IMG/VR virus record: IMGVR_UViG_3300021057_000005
Location: 1-48,556 of that record
Origin: a virus
Strand: one strand, 5' to 3'
DNA: 48,556 nt
A program made the translations under genes and the position numbers. A model generated the notes under the pieces. It was not told the DNA's origin. It saw only the letters and a list, made by a program, of their open reading frames with translations, and did no database searches. Of this stretch, positions 7,150 through 16,601 are shown in pieces. Each line of letters opens with the position of its first letter. Positions within the stretch are counted from its first letter, which is position 1.

Positions 7150-9007
7150 CGTTGCGTTCTCCTGTAGTAGACCAGAGTAAGAGGCCTTTAGTTAAATCTG
7201 AAATGAGTTTAGTACTTCCTGCTCCTTTACCAATGGTTTCGAGCAGTTGTTGGGACGAAGGATTTTTGATTAAAGCAGATAAAGCTTGCACGATCTTAGG
7301 ACCGGCAACTATACCACCAGCAACACCCAAGGCGGTTCCCATAGGCCCTCCAGCAGATCCTAATAAACTACCTAGACTGGCACCAGCAATCTGGCCGCCT
7401 GTCCGCATGGCTGAAGCAGAAACACTGATTTCTTTTAATAGAGTTTTGTTATCATTTAATTCCTTTAATACCTTTTGTACGCCTTGTAAGCGAGCAACGG
7501 ATTGATCAGGTAGAGTAGTTTTAAAGGTATTAATATATTTATTAATATTTTTTAATGCTGTTTGAGTATTGAATTTTTCATTGGTAGTTATGTCGCCCAT
7601 TGATTTAGTTAGGATGTGTTGTTCTGCTAAATTGGCTCCATCATTACCTGTGAATTTCAAAAAGGCTTTCATTTCATCTGGAGACTTCAAGGAACGATCT
7701 AACATGGTTCTGCCAGTTTGTCCGATCGCATTGGTATCGCCTTTAGCAATGGCCTCTGCTAGATCTTTGCCACCGAATTCCTCTAGCGGTTGGACCACTT
7801 TAGAATTAAATTCATTGGCCTGGGCAATTGCTCCACCAGCGCCATTAGCTTCTGCATGCGACTGTAAAGCAGATCTAACTTCAGACTGAATCTTTTTATA
7901 TGCTTTATAAACACTGGGAGTGGCTTCATTACCAGAAAAACTTTTAAATTGTTGAGATATATCTTGCTGTACTGATAAAATATCTTCCGTTGTTTTTGCC
8001 GCTTTTAATTGGTTTTTTATGTCTTTTAAGACGTTTAATTGTTGGCTAGACATAACACTGCCAACATCGTCTAGTGTCTTATTAATTGCGGTTACTGCGG
8101 AACCCATTCTAGGTTTTCCTGGAATCTGTTTGATTACATCATAATTAGTATCGTTCGTTGCTTTTACAGATTCCCATAATTTAGCGGTGCTAGTGGCTGC
8201 CTGTGTATTTGTAGGCACACCTTCTTGAATAGGAGCTATTTTACTTTTGAGCGTGTTTAATTGATCATCGATTGTGTTAGTAACTTTGGATCCTTTTGTT
8301 AAAGAATTTGCACCTGATTTTAATGCTCCACCAATAGCTGATACGCCTACAGGAATAGCAGCACCTAATACAGCACTTGAGTCACGTTCTTCTTGTGTGC
8401 CTGGTGTAGCAGCACCGCCTACGATAGCGCCAGAAAGTGCTTGTGGGATCATGTTAGCTAGCCCTGCGCCAATCTTGCCTGCAGTAGTAGTGCCTTTGAC
8501 TACAGGAGCGATAGAGGCTAGAGCACCTTGTCCTGAGCCTAAGGAAGCAATATTACCCAAAGAACGAGTAAGTGCATACGCTCCTTGAGCAACGGGATTT
8601 GCAGTGATGGCTTTGCCAATCTCGCCTTCTGGTTGAGGACGAATTTGATTATTAAAATCTTCGTTCTCTTTATACCAGTGCTCTGCTTTCGTCTTATCAA
8701 TTGCACCGATATGACTTAAGATAAAAGGTACTGCATCTTGCACTGTTTGAGCGGTATCAACTACTGCATTTGCTGCTCCTCCAATGACGGCTTTCCCAAC
8801 ATTTCCTACGTCTTCTAATAATGAAGGTTGAGCAGGTTCCGTATTGGAACTACCTGGTGCAATTGGTGCAATAGCAGAAGTCGTTGGTGCAATTGGTGCA
8901 TTTAGCTGGGCCAATAAAGCTGGATCGGTTACTTCTTTCATTTCAGAAGCACCATTTAATTGTTTTAAAATTGCTGGATCGGTTACTTCTTTCATTGTTG
9001 ATACCAT
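7139..9007 (-). CDS. large internal virion/ejection protein (putative)
   Basis: 622 aa, Ala/Gly-rich hydrophobic stretches, N-terminal duplicated MKEVTDPA(I/L)L.QLN, APIAP motifs; located in the tail/ejection block. Confidence 0.4.
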   Translation of the reverse strand: MVSTMKEVTDPAILKQLNGASEMKEVTDPALLAQLNAPIAPTTSAIAPIAPGSSNTEPAQPSLLEDVGNVGKAVIGGAANAVVDTAQTVQDAVPFILSHIGAIDKTKAEHWYKENEDFNNQIRPQPEGEIGKAITANPVAQGAYALTRSLGNIASLGSGQGALASIAPVVKGTTTAGKIGAGLANMIPQALSGAIVGGAATPGTQEERDSSAVLGAAIPVGVSAIGGALKSGANSLTKGSKVTNTIDDQLNTLKSKIAPIQEGVPTNTQAATSTAKLWESVKATNDTNYDVIKQIPGKPRMGSAVTAINKTLDDVGSVMSSQQLNVLKDIKNQLKAAKTTEDILSVQQDISQQFKSFSGNEATPSVYKAYKKIQSEVRSALQSHAEANGAGGAIAQANEFNSKVVQPLEEFGGKDLAEAIAKGDTNAIGQTGRTMLDRSLKSPDEMKAFLKFTGNDGANLAEQHILTKSMGDITTNEKFNTQTALKNINKYINTFKTTLPDQSVARLQGVQKVLKELNDNKTLLKEISVSASAMRTGGQIAGASLGSLLGSAGGPMGTALGVAGGIVAGPKIVQALSALIKNPSSQQLLETIGKGAGSTKLISDLTKGLLLWSTTGERNDGR

Positions 9008-10419
9008 TTTCCATCTTTTTGAATATAAGTAGTGCCATTTAATGTTTTTGTAATATTTGATTGACCAGGAGATTGCTCAGCGCCAATTAATTTGAATGTT
9101 TTCGGATTGATTTGTAAATTGGTACTTGCATGCTCTTGCCATGCTTTATCCGCACCTTTTAGATTTTTATTTTTCTCTAAGTAATCTCGCATAAAGGAGG
9201 CCATTTCTCGTTTGCGAATTTCTGACGTTTCCAGCATATTTAATATAAGATCGTTACCTGCTTGGCTATTACGCATACCTGCGCTTGCTTTAGCAAAGGC
9301 TTCCATTTCCTTTTCAGATATAGAACCTTTTGTATCGCGGATTCTATCGAATACGAAATCCATTCCTAATTTATTTAATGATTCGCCGTATTTAGTATTT
9401 GCAAGTTTCACACCTGTCAAGGCTTCAACAGATTGTTGGATTTGCAATTTGGTTGCCCCAAACATGCCAGAAGGAAATTGTTTGTTGGCTTCTCTAAACG
9501 CTTTAACTTGTTGTAAAGTGTTGTCGGTATCCATAACGTCTTCAGATAGTTTCTCCACTTTTTTAATATCCAGGTCCAATAATTTATCTTGGACTTTATT
9601 TTCTGGAAGAACGTTGCCTCGTTCGACGGCTGCTTGCTTGTTTTTCAAGCCAGTTAATTCGGTGACTTCTGCATCTGAAATGCGACCTAATTTTTCTTTT
9701 TGTTCTAATGCGCCTATACGTTGTAGATCCTTTTGTGTAGCAGTACGATCATCTTTCCCACTACGAGAAGCAAAGTCCGCCATACCTTCATAACGCAACA
9801 CGGTTGCTGCCATTGCAAAGTTCTGATCGAATTGTTGTGGAACTAATTTCTGCATTTGTGGAGGTAATAAAGAACGAGATTGTGCCCAGATTTGTTGTTG
9901 CTGAGCTGGATCTTTTGCCATTAATGCGCCTTCTGCTGCTTGGCCTATGATATTAGTTGCTTTCGCATGGTTATCTAATTCAGTGCCTTTTCCAGTGGCT
10001 GTTTTTGCAAATGCTTCTGCTAAAGTATTTTGTACTTGTGCTTTCTTTAATAAATAATCTTGTTGAGCAGATGGATTAATTTTACCAATTGCATCTAGAT
10101 ATACTTGTTCGCCTTTAGCCGCTGCTGCGCGAAGTTGATCTGCATCTAACTTTTGCTGCTTGGCTTGATCCAAGTTTAATTGATTGCCTTCAATGGTTTG
10201 TTGTTGTATTTGTTGTTGTCCAGGAAACAATGCAGCTTGTTGGTCCATTGATTGCTTTGTAGCAGCCATGTTTTGTCGCGTCGCTTGTATTTGTTGTCCT
10301 TGCAACAAGCCTTGCATAATGCCTCCTGACAATGAATCAAGAGAAGAAGGACGTTGTGGAGTTTGGATGATTTGTTGTTGGGGCTGGATTGGAGCCAGTA
10401 TGCCGAAGTTTACTGCCAT
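8992..10419 (-). CDS. Gln-rich coiled-coil internal virion protein (putative)
   Basis: 475 aa, poly-Q-rich N-terminal third, N-terminus MAVNFGILAPIQP. Confidence 0.4.
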   Translation of the reverse strand: MAVNFGILAPIQPQQQIIQTPQRPSSLDSLSGGIMQGLLQGQQIQATRQNMAATKQSMDQQAALFPGQQQIQQQTIEGNQLNLDQAKQQKLDADQLRAAAAKGEQVYLDAIGKINPSAQQDYLLKKAQVQNTLAEAFAKTATGKGTELDNHAKATNIIGQAAEGALMAKDPAQQQQIWAQSRSLLPPQMQKLVPQQFDQNFAMAATVLRYEGMADFASRSGKDDRTATQKDLQRIGALEQKEKLGRISDAEVTELTGLKNKQAAVERGNVLPENKVQDKLLDLDIKKVEKLSEDVMDTDNTLQQVKAFREANKQFPSGMFGATKLQIQQSVEALTGVKLANTKYGESLNKLGMDFVFDRIRDTKGSISEKEMEAFAKASAGMRNSQAGNDLILNMLETSEIRKREMASFMRDYLEKNKNLKGADKAWQEHASTNLQINPKTFKLIGAEQSPGQSNITKTLNGTTYIQKDGKWYQQ

Positions 10420-10430
10420 TGTATTATCCT

Positions 10431-11567
10431 CTAAAAGAACATGCCTAGACCAGTAGCGCCGCTTGCTTTACCACCAAGTAGAGTTCCTACGCCACCTAGT
10501 AAACTACCGAATCCGCCCATGCCACCACCACCGCCACCTCCTCCCAGAGATTGGATTCTTTGCCCTTGTAAGATGGCTGAATTTGCTAATGCTTGGCCGG
10601 ACGCCAAATTGCTATTGGCAATCGTATCACCCAAATTGTTATAGAGAGATCCAACACCAGCTCCTAGGTTTTGACTGCCTTGGGCTGTTTGAGCAGCAGC
10701 ATTGGCTCCCATTCCCGCTAAATTAGCTAGTCGTGATAAAGTATTGCCATATTCTTGAGAAGCTAAGCCTTCGCCATAGCGTTGTAATTCTTTCAATAAT
10801 CGTCCAGAACCTAAATACCCGCCTGCTGAACTGGCTTTAGAAATTGCATTGATACCTTGTCCGAGACGGAATTGGAATCCTGGTTGTGCTGCAATATCGG
10901 CTTGTACTTGCTCAGGAGTCATTGGACCTAAAGCAGAATATTTATCAAATAGTCCCTTGTTGATATTATATTCGTGAAGATTTTGATCGTATTGTTTCTG
11001 TAACGATTCGTAATTTGTAAGCTCAGAAGGGAGCTGTTGCTCAGCAAAATAATTTCTAATTTCCGTATCGTAATCACGAGCCACATGGTTATAGTCTGGA
11101 TTTGCGTAATTAGTACCGCCTTCCTTATTACCTGACTTTGCTCCTACGCCACTATACGTCCAAAGATCTGATGCCCATTTTCCCCATTGTGGGCCTAAGC
11201 CAGACCAGCGAGTATTCTCTTTGGCATAATCTAGTACTTGTTGATTACTAACTTTAGCCTTTAAGGAATCTAAAGTTGGTTTTGTTGGAGCTTCCGGCGC
11301 TTTATTACCGGGATTATATGGAGCAAGGCCTAAATATCGATTTAATTGATCAAGTGCTTCTACACCTGTTGATCGATATGGGGATAAATCAGTACGCGAT
11401 TGAGTAAACTGATTTCGCATCTCGCCAATTGCCGTTGCAATATTATCTTTTGCTGCTTGTGCTGCCATACGAGCAGCTTGTACTTGATATTGTCCTGCTA
11501 GAGCCGCTGCTGCAGGATCTGTCATTGTCGTGTAGCTTTCGCCACCACCACCGCCACCGCTATCCAT
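10431..11567 (-). CDS. virion protein with poly-Gly at both termini (hypothetical)
   Basis: MDSGGGGGGES... and ...SLGGGGGGGMGGFGSLLGGVGTLLGG...; 378 aa. Confidence 0.35.
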   Translation of the reverse strand: MDSGGGGGGESYTTMTDPAAAALAGQYQVQAARMAAQAAKDNIATAIGEMRNQFTQSRTDLSPYRSTGVEALDQLNRYLGLAPYNPGNKAPEAPTKPTLDSLKAKVSNQQVLDYAKENTRWSGLGPQWGKWASDLWTYSGVGAKSGNKEGGTNYANPDYNHVARDYDTEIRNYFAEQQLPSELTNYESLQKQYDQNLHEYNINKGLFDKYSALGPMTPEQVQADIAAQPGFQFRLGQGINAISKASSAGGYLGSGRLLKELQRYGEGLASQEYGNTLSRLANLAGMGANAAAQTAQGSQNLGAGVGSLYNNLGDTIANSNLASGQALANSAILQGQRIQSLGGGGGGGGMGGFGSLLGGVGTLLGGKASGATGLGMFF

Positions 11568-12046
11568 TATTTCTTTACCTCATATTCAAAATATACAAGA
11601 GGAACTACTGCATTGTTGTAAATAATTCCTCTTTCTAAACATCCATAGGGTTTAAATCCTAATTTATCTATAAACTTCAGTACGTGAGTGCAATTACCTG
11701 GTACTGTTGTAATAATCTTTCTAAAAGGAGTGTGTTTTTCTACATATAAAATTCCTGCTTTTGCTGCATCCAGCGAGGACTCTGTTCCCCAAAACTTAGG
11801 AAGAATCCGTATATGTCCTTCTAAAACTAAATTTGTAATTTTTCGTATACTAAAAAGACCAACTGGGCCTTCTTCATTTTCAACTAATAAATAATCATAC
11901 GTCTGATCTAATTCGTAATTGCCTACGTTGACCATGCCGTCTTGACCATTTGTTAATTCAAATAATTCTGGAGTACATATGATTTTTAATAAAACAGGAT
12001 TACTTAGATCTTGTACTTTCGAGACTGATATCATCCTACTTTCCAT
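11567..12046 (-). CDS. GNAT-like acetyltransferase (putative)
   Basis: 159 aa. ...LEGHIRILPKFWG...AAKAGILYVEKHTPFRKIITTVPGNCTHVLKFIDKLGFKPYG has a GNAT-like beta4-alpha3 and C-terminal xxLGFxxxG pattern. Confidence 0.35.
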   Translation of the reverse strand: MESRMISVSKVQDLSNPVLLKIICTPELFELTNGQDGMVNVGNYELDQTYDYLLVENEEGPVGLFSIRKITNLVLEGHIRILPKFWGTESSLDAAKAGILYVEKHTPFRKIITTVPGNCTHVLKFIDKLGFKPYGCLERGIIYNNAVVPLVYFEYEVKK

Positions 12047-13422
12047 CCATAAAATTTTGACGAAGTGGCTAGGACATCTACTGTTTTTGTGGAGCCGGCG
12101 ATAAAGAGACGTACTTTGGCGGTATCACTGGAATCCATATCAGCCAGAGTGGAAAAACTGAGCTGCGTGTTGCCGCCTCTTATTATATTTACAGGAGTTA
12201 AATAATACATTTGGTAGTTTCTATTGCTGGTGATAATAACAATTTGCAATTCGTTATGAGTGCCTAATTGATTTATATCTAATTGGCCTCCAAATACATA
12301 TGTGCCAGCACTAGGCGCCGTAAATATTCCGGTTGATGTGTTATAACCGCTTCCTCTATCAAATACTTCTGTATTAAAAATAACATCGTAGGACGTGCCG
12401 TCCCCAGTAACATCTGTTAGGTTTGTTCCGACATAAGCGAGAAAAGAAGGTTGAGTACTTAAGGATAACGCAGCAAAAGTAGGAGAGGATCCTGTTGCAA
12501 TATCTTGTGGAGTAGATAGAATAATAGAGCCAGAACCATTGGTTACCGTAACTTGGTTACTTGTTCCTGTTAAAGTCGCTTTGTTTAATGTATTTCCTGT
12601 TGTGTTGCCAATCAATAGCTGACCATCAGTATAGCTGGTTTGTCCTGTGCCACCTTTATCAACAGCAATGGTTGTAGCACCCCATGTTCCTGTAGCGATA
12701 GTGCCTAATGTTGTAATGGTTGCTTGGCCAACATAACTTGCAGAAATATCTACTGTTGGATCAGTGGATGTGCCTCCTATAGTAATTCTGTTTGCTGTTC
12801 CCGTTAATGTTTGTAATTTTGCGTCTGTATATGTTGTCGAAATACTCGATCCATTCCATGTTCCGGTTGCGATAGTTCCCAGTGTGGTAATGGTGGCTTG
12901 TCCTGCGTAAGAGGTACTAAGATCAACCGTAGGGTCTGTGGCTGTTCCGCCAATTGTTATACGATTGCTTGTTCCAGTGAGTGTTTTTAACTTTGCATCT
13001 GTATAAGTAGTTGCAATGCTGGAAGCTGCCCAAGTCCCTGTAGCAACCGTTCCTAACGTAGTAATGCTGGTTTGGCCAGGATAAGTGGCAGCAATAGTAA
13101 TAGTAGGATCACCACCAGATCCTGTTCCATTAGTTACGGTGACTTTGTCTGCTGTTCCAGTAATAGTTTTGGATGAGAGAACTCCACTGCCGGTTGCTAC
13201 ACTAACCATTCCAGTACTTAATAAGGATAACGCTTGTTCTCCTGATAACTCGGAATTGGCTGTTTGTGTAATATAAGTCGCATCAAAAGGAGCCAATCCT
13301 CCACTTGCTGATCCAACACGGTTATATAATCGAATCATCCAATCTACAAATTCCTTGGTAGGAATTCCTGTTTTGGGATCGACTATAGGATACTTAATTG
13401 GTGGATTTGGGATAGTGGCCAT
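12031..13422 (-). CDS. tail fiber with tandem 58-aa repeats and a C1q-like C-terminal domain
   Basis: TITTLGT.ATGTW..SSI.TTYTDAKL.TLTGT.NRITIGGT.TDPTVD.S.SY.GQA repeated about 2.4 times; the C-terminal GIFTAPSAGTYVFGGQL... resembles a C1q/TNF jelly-roll. Confidence 0.65.
   Translation of the reverse strand: MATIPNPPIKYPIVDPKTGIPTKEFVDWMIRLYNRVGSASGGLAPFDATYITQTANSELSGEQALSLLSTGMVSVATGSGVLSSKTITGTADKVTVTNGTGSGGDPTITIAATYPGQTSITTLGTVATGTWAASSIATTYTDAKLKTLTGTSNRITIGGTATDPTVDLSTSYAGQATITTLGTIATGTWNGSSISTTYTDAKLQTLTGTANRITIGGTSTDPTVDISASYVGQATITTLGTIATGTWGATTIAVDKGGTGQTSYTDGQLLIGNTTGNTLNKATLTGTSNQVTVTNGSGSIILSTPQDIATGSSPTFAALSLSTQPSFLAYVGTNLTDVTGDGTSYDVIFNTEVFDRGSGYNTSTGIFTAPSAGTYVFGGQLDINQLGTHNELQIVIITSNRNYQMYYLTPVNIIRGGNTQLSFSTLADMDSSDTAKVRLFIAGSTKTVDVLATSSKFYGWKVG
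12658..13068 (-). repeat. about 174-bp tandem coding repeats inside the fiber gene
   Basis: Protein residues about 119-255 form 2.4 copies of a 58-aa unit; the DNA units are visibly similar. Confidence 0.6.
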
Positions 13423-14834
13423 TAATTAGCTCCTATCTCACCGGTTGCTTGAAATCCCAATAAAACAAATTTTCCATTGGTAGTAGAAGTAATTCGAAAC
13501 ATCCAACTTCGTTCAGATCCCAATTTCTGAATATTTATTCGACCAGCACCAGAAGTAGGAATTGTATACGTTCCTACGGTGGTCCACGTGCGTCCATTAT
13601 CATGAGATTTTTCTAAATCAAATGTTTTGGAACTTCCAATATTATTTTCTACATCTATGCGAAGACCATCAATAAAAATTCGTTTGCCTTCGCTATAAAG
13701 AATCGGAGAAACAAACCGTCGTTGAATAGCTGTGCCATTTTCAGTATATGTAGTAGAAGATTGCTGATAAATTACGCCACTGTTATAAGCACCTATTAAT
13801 GACTTGTTATAGCAAGATGCGTGACAACTTCCTAAGAACCTACTATATGCACTTCCATTATAACTTTTTCTCTGTAGCCATCCCCCAGTCGTTGTATCAT
13901 ATGTCATGGTGGCTAGATCAGTAGGGAAGGTGAAATCAATAAATTCATGTCCTTCTAAACTGTAAGCATATGCAATACAATCTGATACGGAAGTGAGTTG
14001 GCTAATCTGATAATCAATTGCACGAGTGGATATTTTTTGCGGAGCGTATCCATTGTATTTTACGATTATATTTCCACCATTTGCATTTTTAGCAAGGCAA
14101 TATAAGGTATTCTCTGATACAACTACGGAACGTTTTGCAGCACAGCCGTACTCTATTAACGTACTTGGAATTTGTTCGAATGGAAAATCAGCATTGCCTG
14201 AGTTAAAGAATGGTTGAGTTGTTCTAGTTCCTAATAACCAAAGCTCGGCATTTCTGGAACAAATGGCCGCTAATCTATCTGGAAACCTGATTTTAGATCC
14301 AAAATCTAATGCATCATAAGATAATCCATCTGCTAAATTTGAAATAGCAAACGCGATAGAGGATGCTTTTTTAATAATAATATAATCGTCTTGGTTAGTA
14401 ATATCATCAGCTGTTTGAGGGAAGTCGGCATCTACAATTGGAAACGTGGCAGTTGCTGTTGTAACGTTGTAATGATACCCATTTGTACCATCAATAATGA
14501 CTAATTGATTACTGGTTCCTCCCCCAGAAATAGCAGCAATCTTGGCAAAGCCAGAACTGGTATTAAGAGTTCCTAATTCCGTTTTCGTGCCTGCAGAATT
14601 AATAGAATAAAATTTATTTCCTGCGACGCAGTATAAAACATCTAAAAATTCATATAATGCTCTAACATTTGCTTGTGTTGTATCACAAAAAGATACTAAG
14701 CCAAAAGTAGGATAGGCAACTAACTTATACTTGCCTTTATTTGTGTCTTCTTCTAAATACATATTAATCAATTCAGATTGATTATTATCTATGGACTTAG
14801 AGCGATAATCTTGTGTTAAAAGATCAATTATCAT
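13422..14834 (-). CDS. tail hub / tail-tube-type structural protein (putative)
   Basis: 470 aa, beta-rich. Its size and position after the adaptor-like genes recall podoviral tail hub (P22 gp10-like) proteins; the assignment is weak. Confidence 0.3.
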   Translation of the reverse strand: MIIDLLTQDYRSKSIDNNQSELINMYLEEDTNKGKYKLVAYPTFGLVSFCDTTQANVRALYEFLDVLYCVAGNKFYSINSAGTKTELGTLNTSSGFAKIAAISGGGTSNQLVIIDGTNGYHYNVTTATATFPIVDADFPQTADDITNQDDYIIIKKASSIAFAISNLADGLSYDALDFGSKIRFPDRLAAICSRNAELWLLGTRTTQPFFNSGNADFPFEQIPSTLIEYGCAAKRSVVVSENTLYCLAKNANGGNIIVKYNGYAPQKISTRAIDYQISQLTSVSDCIAYAYSLEGHEFIDFTFPTDLATMTYDTTTGGWLQRKSYNGSAYSRFLGSCHASCYNKSLIGAYNSGVIYQQSSTTYTENGTAIQRRFVSPILYSEGKRIFIDGLRIDVENNIGSSKTFDLEKSHDNGRTWTTVGTYTIPTSGAGRINIQKLGSERSWMFRITSTTNGKFVLLGFQATGEIGAN

Positions 14835-15780
14835 GAGAGTTTGGCACTATTTGGATTGAGGCTTGTTCTGAATCCCACAATTGCATACGTAAAAGAGCGT
14901 CTGCTGCAACAGCAATAATTTCAGGATCGTTTTTAGATAACCTTTTGCCGTAACTTGGAGCAATACGTACAGCCAGGTTATAAGTAAGTGCTTCTAACCA
15001 CTCAGCAGGAAAATCCGGATCATCTGTTGAACTATCAAAATCTTCTATGCTGGCTATATACGAAATTTTCAATCTGTCTGCGACATCATCTGGAGTAGGC
15101 CAAACATATAATTTTCCATTCGATAATTGAGGCGAGTAAAAAATAGAATTGGTTTTGCCTGTTGTTGTTTTATTAGGAATTTGCATGAACTCTGTTCGAC
15201 CCATCAATGTAACGGGGCTATCGGTACCATCCGCATTGCGAAATCGGGCGCCTGTAATATTTAAAGGTCTTCCTACGGCCGTAGTATAAGTAAAAACAGT
15301 ATTGCCCGATGCTGCATCATCAGTCAGAGTAGTAGCTAACGTAATAGTTGTAGTGGAAATACTCGAAATAGTAGTCCATTGTCTAGTGCCATCATCTAGT
15401 TCTATTCCAATATTATCTGAAACAGACATTCCTGTAGAAGACGTAACGGTTATTGTAGATGCTCCTGACGTCGCTGCAGCTGATAATGTTGTTTCAACTG
15501 CATCTATGCCAGCTTTGTCAGTGGAGGAAGAAGACAAGGTATATGTATTAACATCTTCCCTTAAAAATACAGTTCCTTCTCTTTCTTTCCATAAATGAAT
15601 TCCCTGAGCTTGCCATGCCTTCACCATTTTATTTAATATGCCAGAACAAAAAGTTATATCCCCGGCAGTAGGTGTTTCCATCGTTCCATTTGCAATGCCA
15701 ATTACTCCCAATAATGCTAATGCATCAGAGATAATTTCATTACGTGTTTGATTATAATTAGTGGATGAACTAGTGGCCAT
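14824..15780 (-). CDS. structural protein (adaptor or tail, hypothetical)
   Basis: ATG at 15780 overlaps the upstream stop (TAATG), GGAGG upstream; MATSSSTNYNQTRNEII... Confidence 0.35.
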   Translation of the reverse strand: MATSSSTNYNQTRNEIISDALALLGVIGIANGTMETPTAGDITFCSGILNKMVKAWQAQGIHLWKEREGTVFLREDVNTYTLSSSSTDKAGIDAVETTLSAAATSGASTITVTSSTGMSVSDNIGIELDDGTRQWTTISSISTTTITLATTLTDDAASGNTVFTYTTAVGRPLNITGARFRNADGTDSPVTLMGRTEFMQIPNKTTTGKTNSIFYSPQLSNGKLYVWPTPDDVADRLKISYIASIEDFDSSTDDPDFPAEWLEALTYNLAVRIAPSYGKRLSKNDPEIIAVAADALLRMQLWDSEQASIQIVPNSHDN

Positions 15781-16100
15781 TACATATCCTCCCACTTCAC
15801 ATCAGCAGCGCCCCATGCAAGGCGCCCATTTACTGCTTGTGTATGTACTTGGTTGTCCCAAGTAGATAACCCATTAAGTGTTATAAATTGATTTTCTGCT
15901 CTTGGGCGAGCATTAGGCACAGGTAGACCATCTACAATAAGCGGAAGAGGATCAATTGCTGGATGTTTTGGATACCAGCAACGATCAGCGCAAGCTAAAT
16001 AATTATCCCATGTCATTTTGCATTGGGATCGCTTTTTCTTTCTTGCGCAGATATCACAAATAACATTGTGATTTCCTAAATCTAAATAATTATCAGCCAT
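15780..16100 (-). CDS. Cys-rich small structural-module protein (hypothetical)
   Basis: 106 aa; CDIC...C...CADRC pattern. Confidence 0.35.
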   Translation of the reverse strand: MADNYLDLGNHNVICDICARKKKRSQCKMTWDNYLACADRCWYPKHPAIDPLPLIVDGLPVPNARPRAENQFITLNGLSTWDNQVHTQAVNGRLAWGAADVKWEDM

Positions 16101-16599
16101 TTTTTAATATGTCCGGAATAAATTCTTTTAATTGGGCCACATCCTCTGGTAAAGGAAGGTCAGTAACATCTCGTAGCGCCTGTTTTTTTTCTACAATGGC
16201 TTTTTTAAGCTCCTCATTTCCTGCCTCATCCGCTCTCATATAATCAACATCTAGCTTTGCTAAAATAGGTGATCGCAAGGCCCGTAAAGTGTTTTTATGA
16301 AGTTCTTTTGCTTTTTCTATATCGACGTCGACGGTCTCTGTATCAAAATTATCGGTCCATGCATTGCGAAAGCTTTTATCAGAAGGTAATTTATCTATCG
16401 TTGTTATCCGATAGGCAGCTCCTTCAGGTACGTCTTTGTTGATTATAAATTGGAGAACTTCTTCATCGTCTTTAAAATTAATTTGATTTTCTAATAATGC
16501 TTGTCTGGTTCTTGAATTGGGATCAAACATTTCAGGAGCAGGATGTAAAATAGAACATGATCCATTATTATTTTTTATAACAATAATTTTATTATTCAT
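16093..16599 (-). CDS. hypothetical protein
   Basis: 168-aa track ORF in the late gene chain. Confidence 0.45.
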   Translation of the reverse strand: MNNKIIVIKNNNGSCSILHPAPEMFDPNSRTRQALLENQINFKDDEEVLQFIINKDVPEGAAYRITTIDKLPSDKSFRNAWTDNFDTETVDVDIEKAKELHKNTLRALRSPILAKLDVDYMRADEAGNEELKKAIVEKKQALRDVTDLPLPEDVAQLKEFIPDILKNG

Positions 16600-16601
16600 A
16601 A

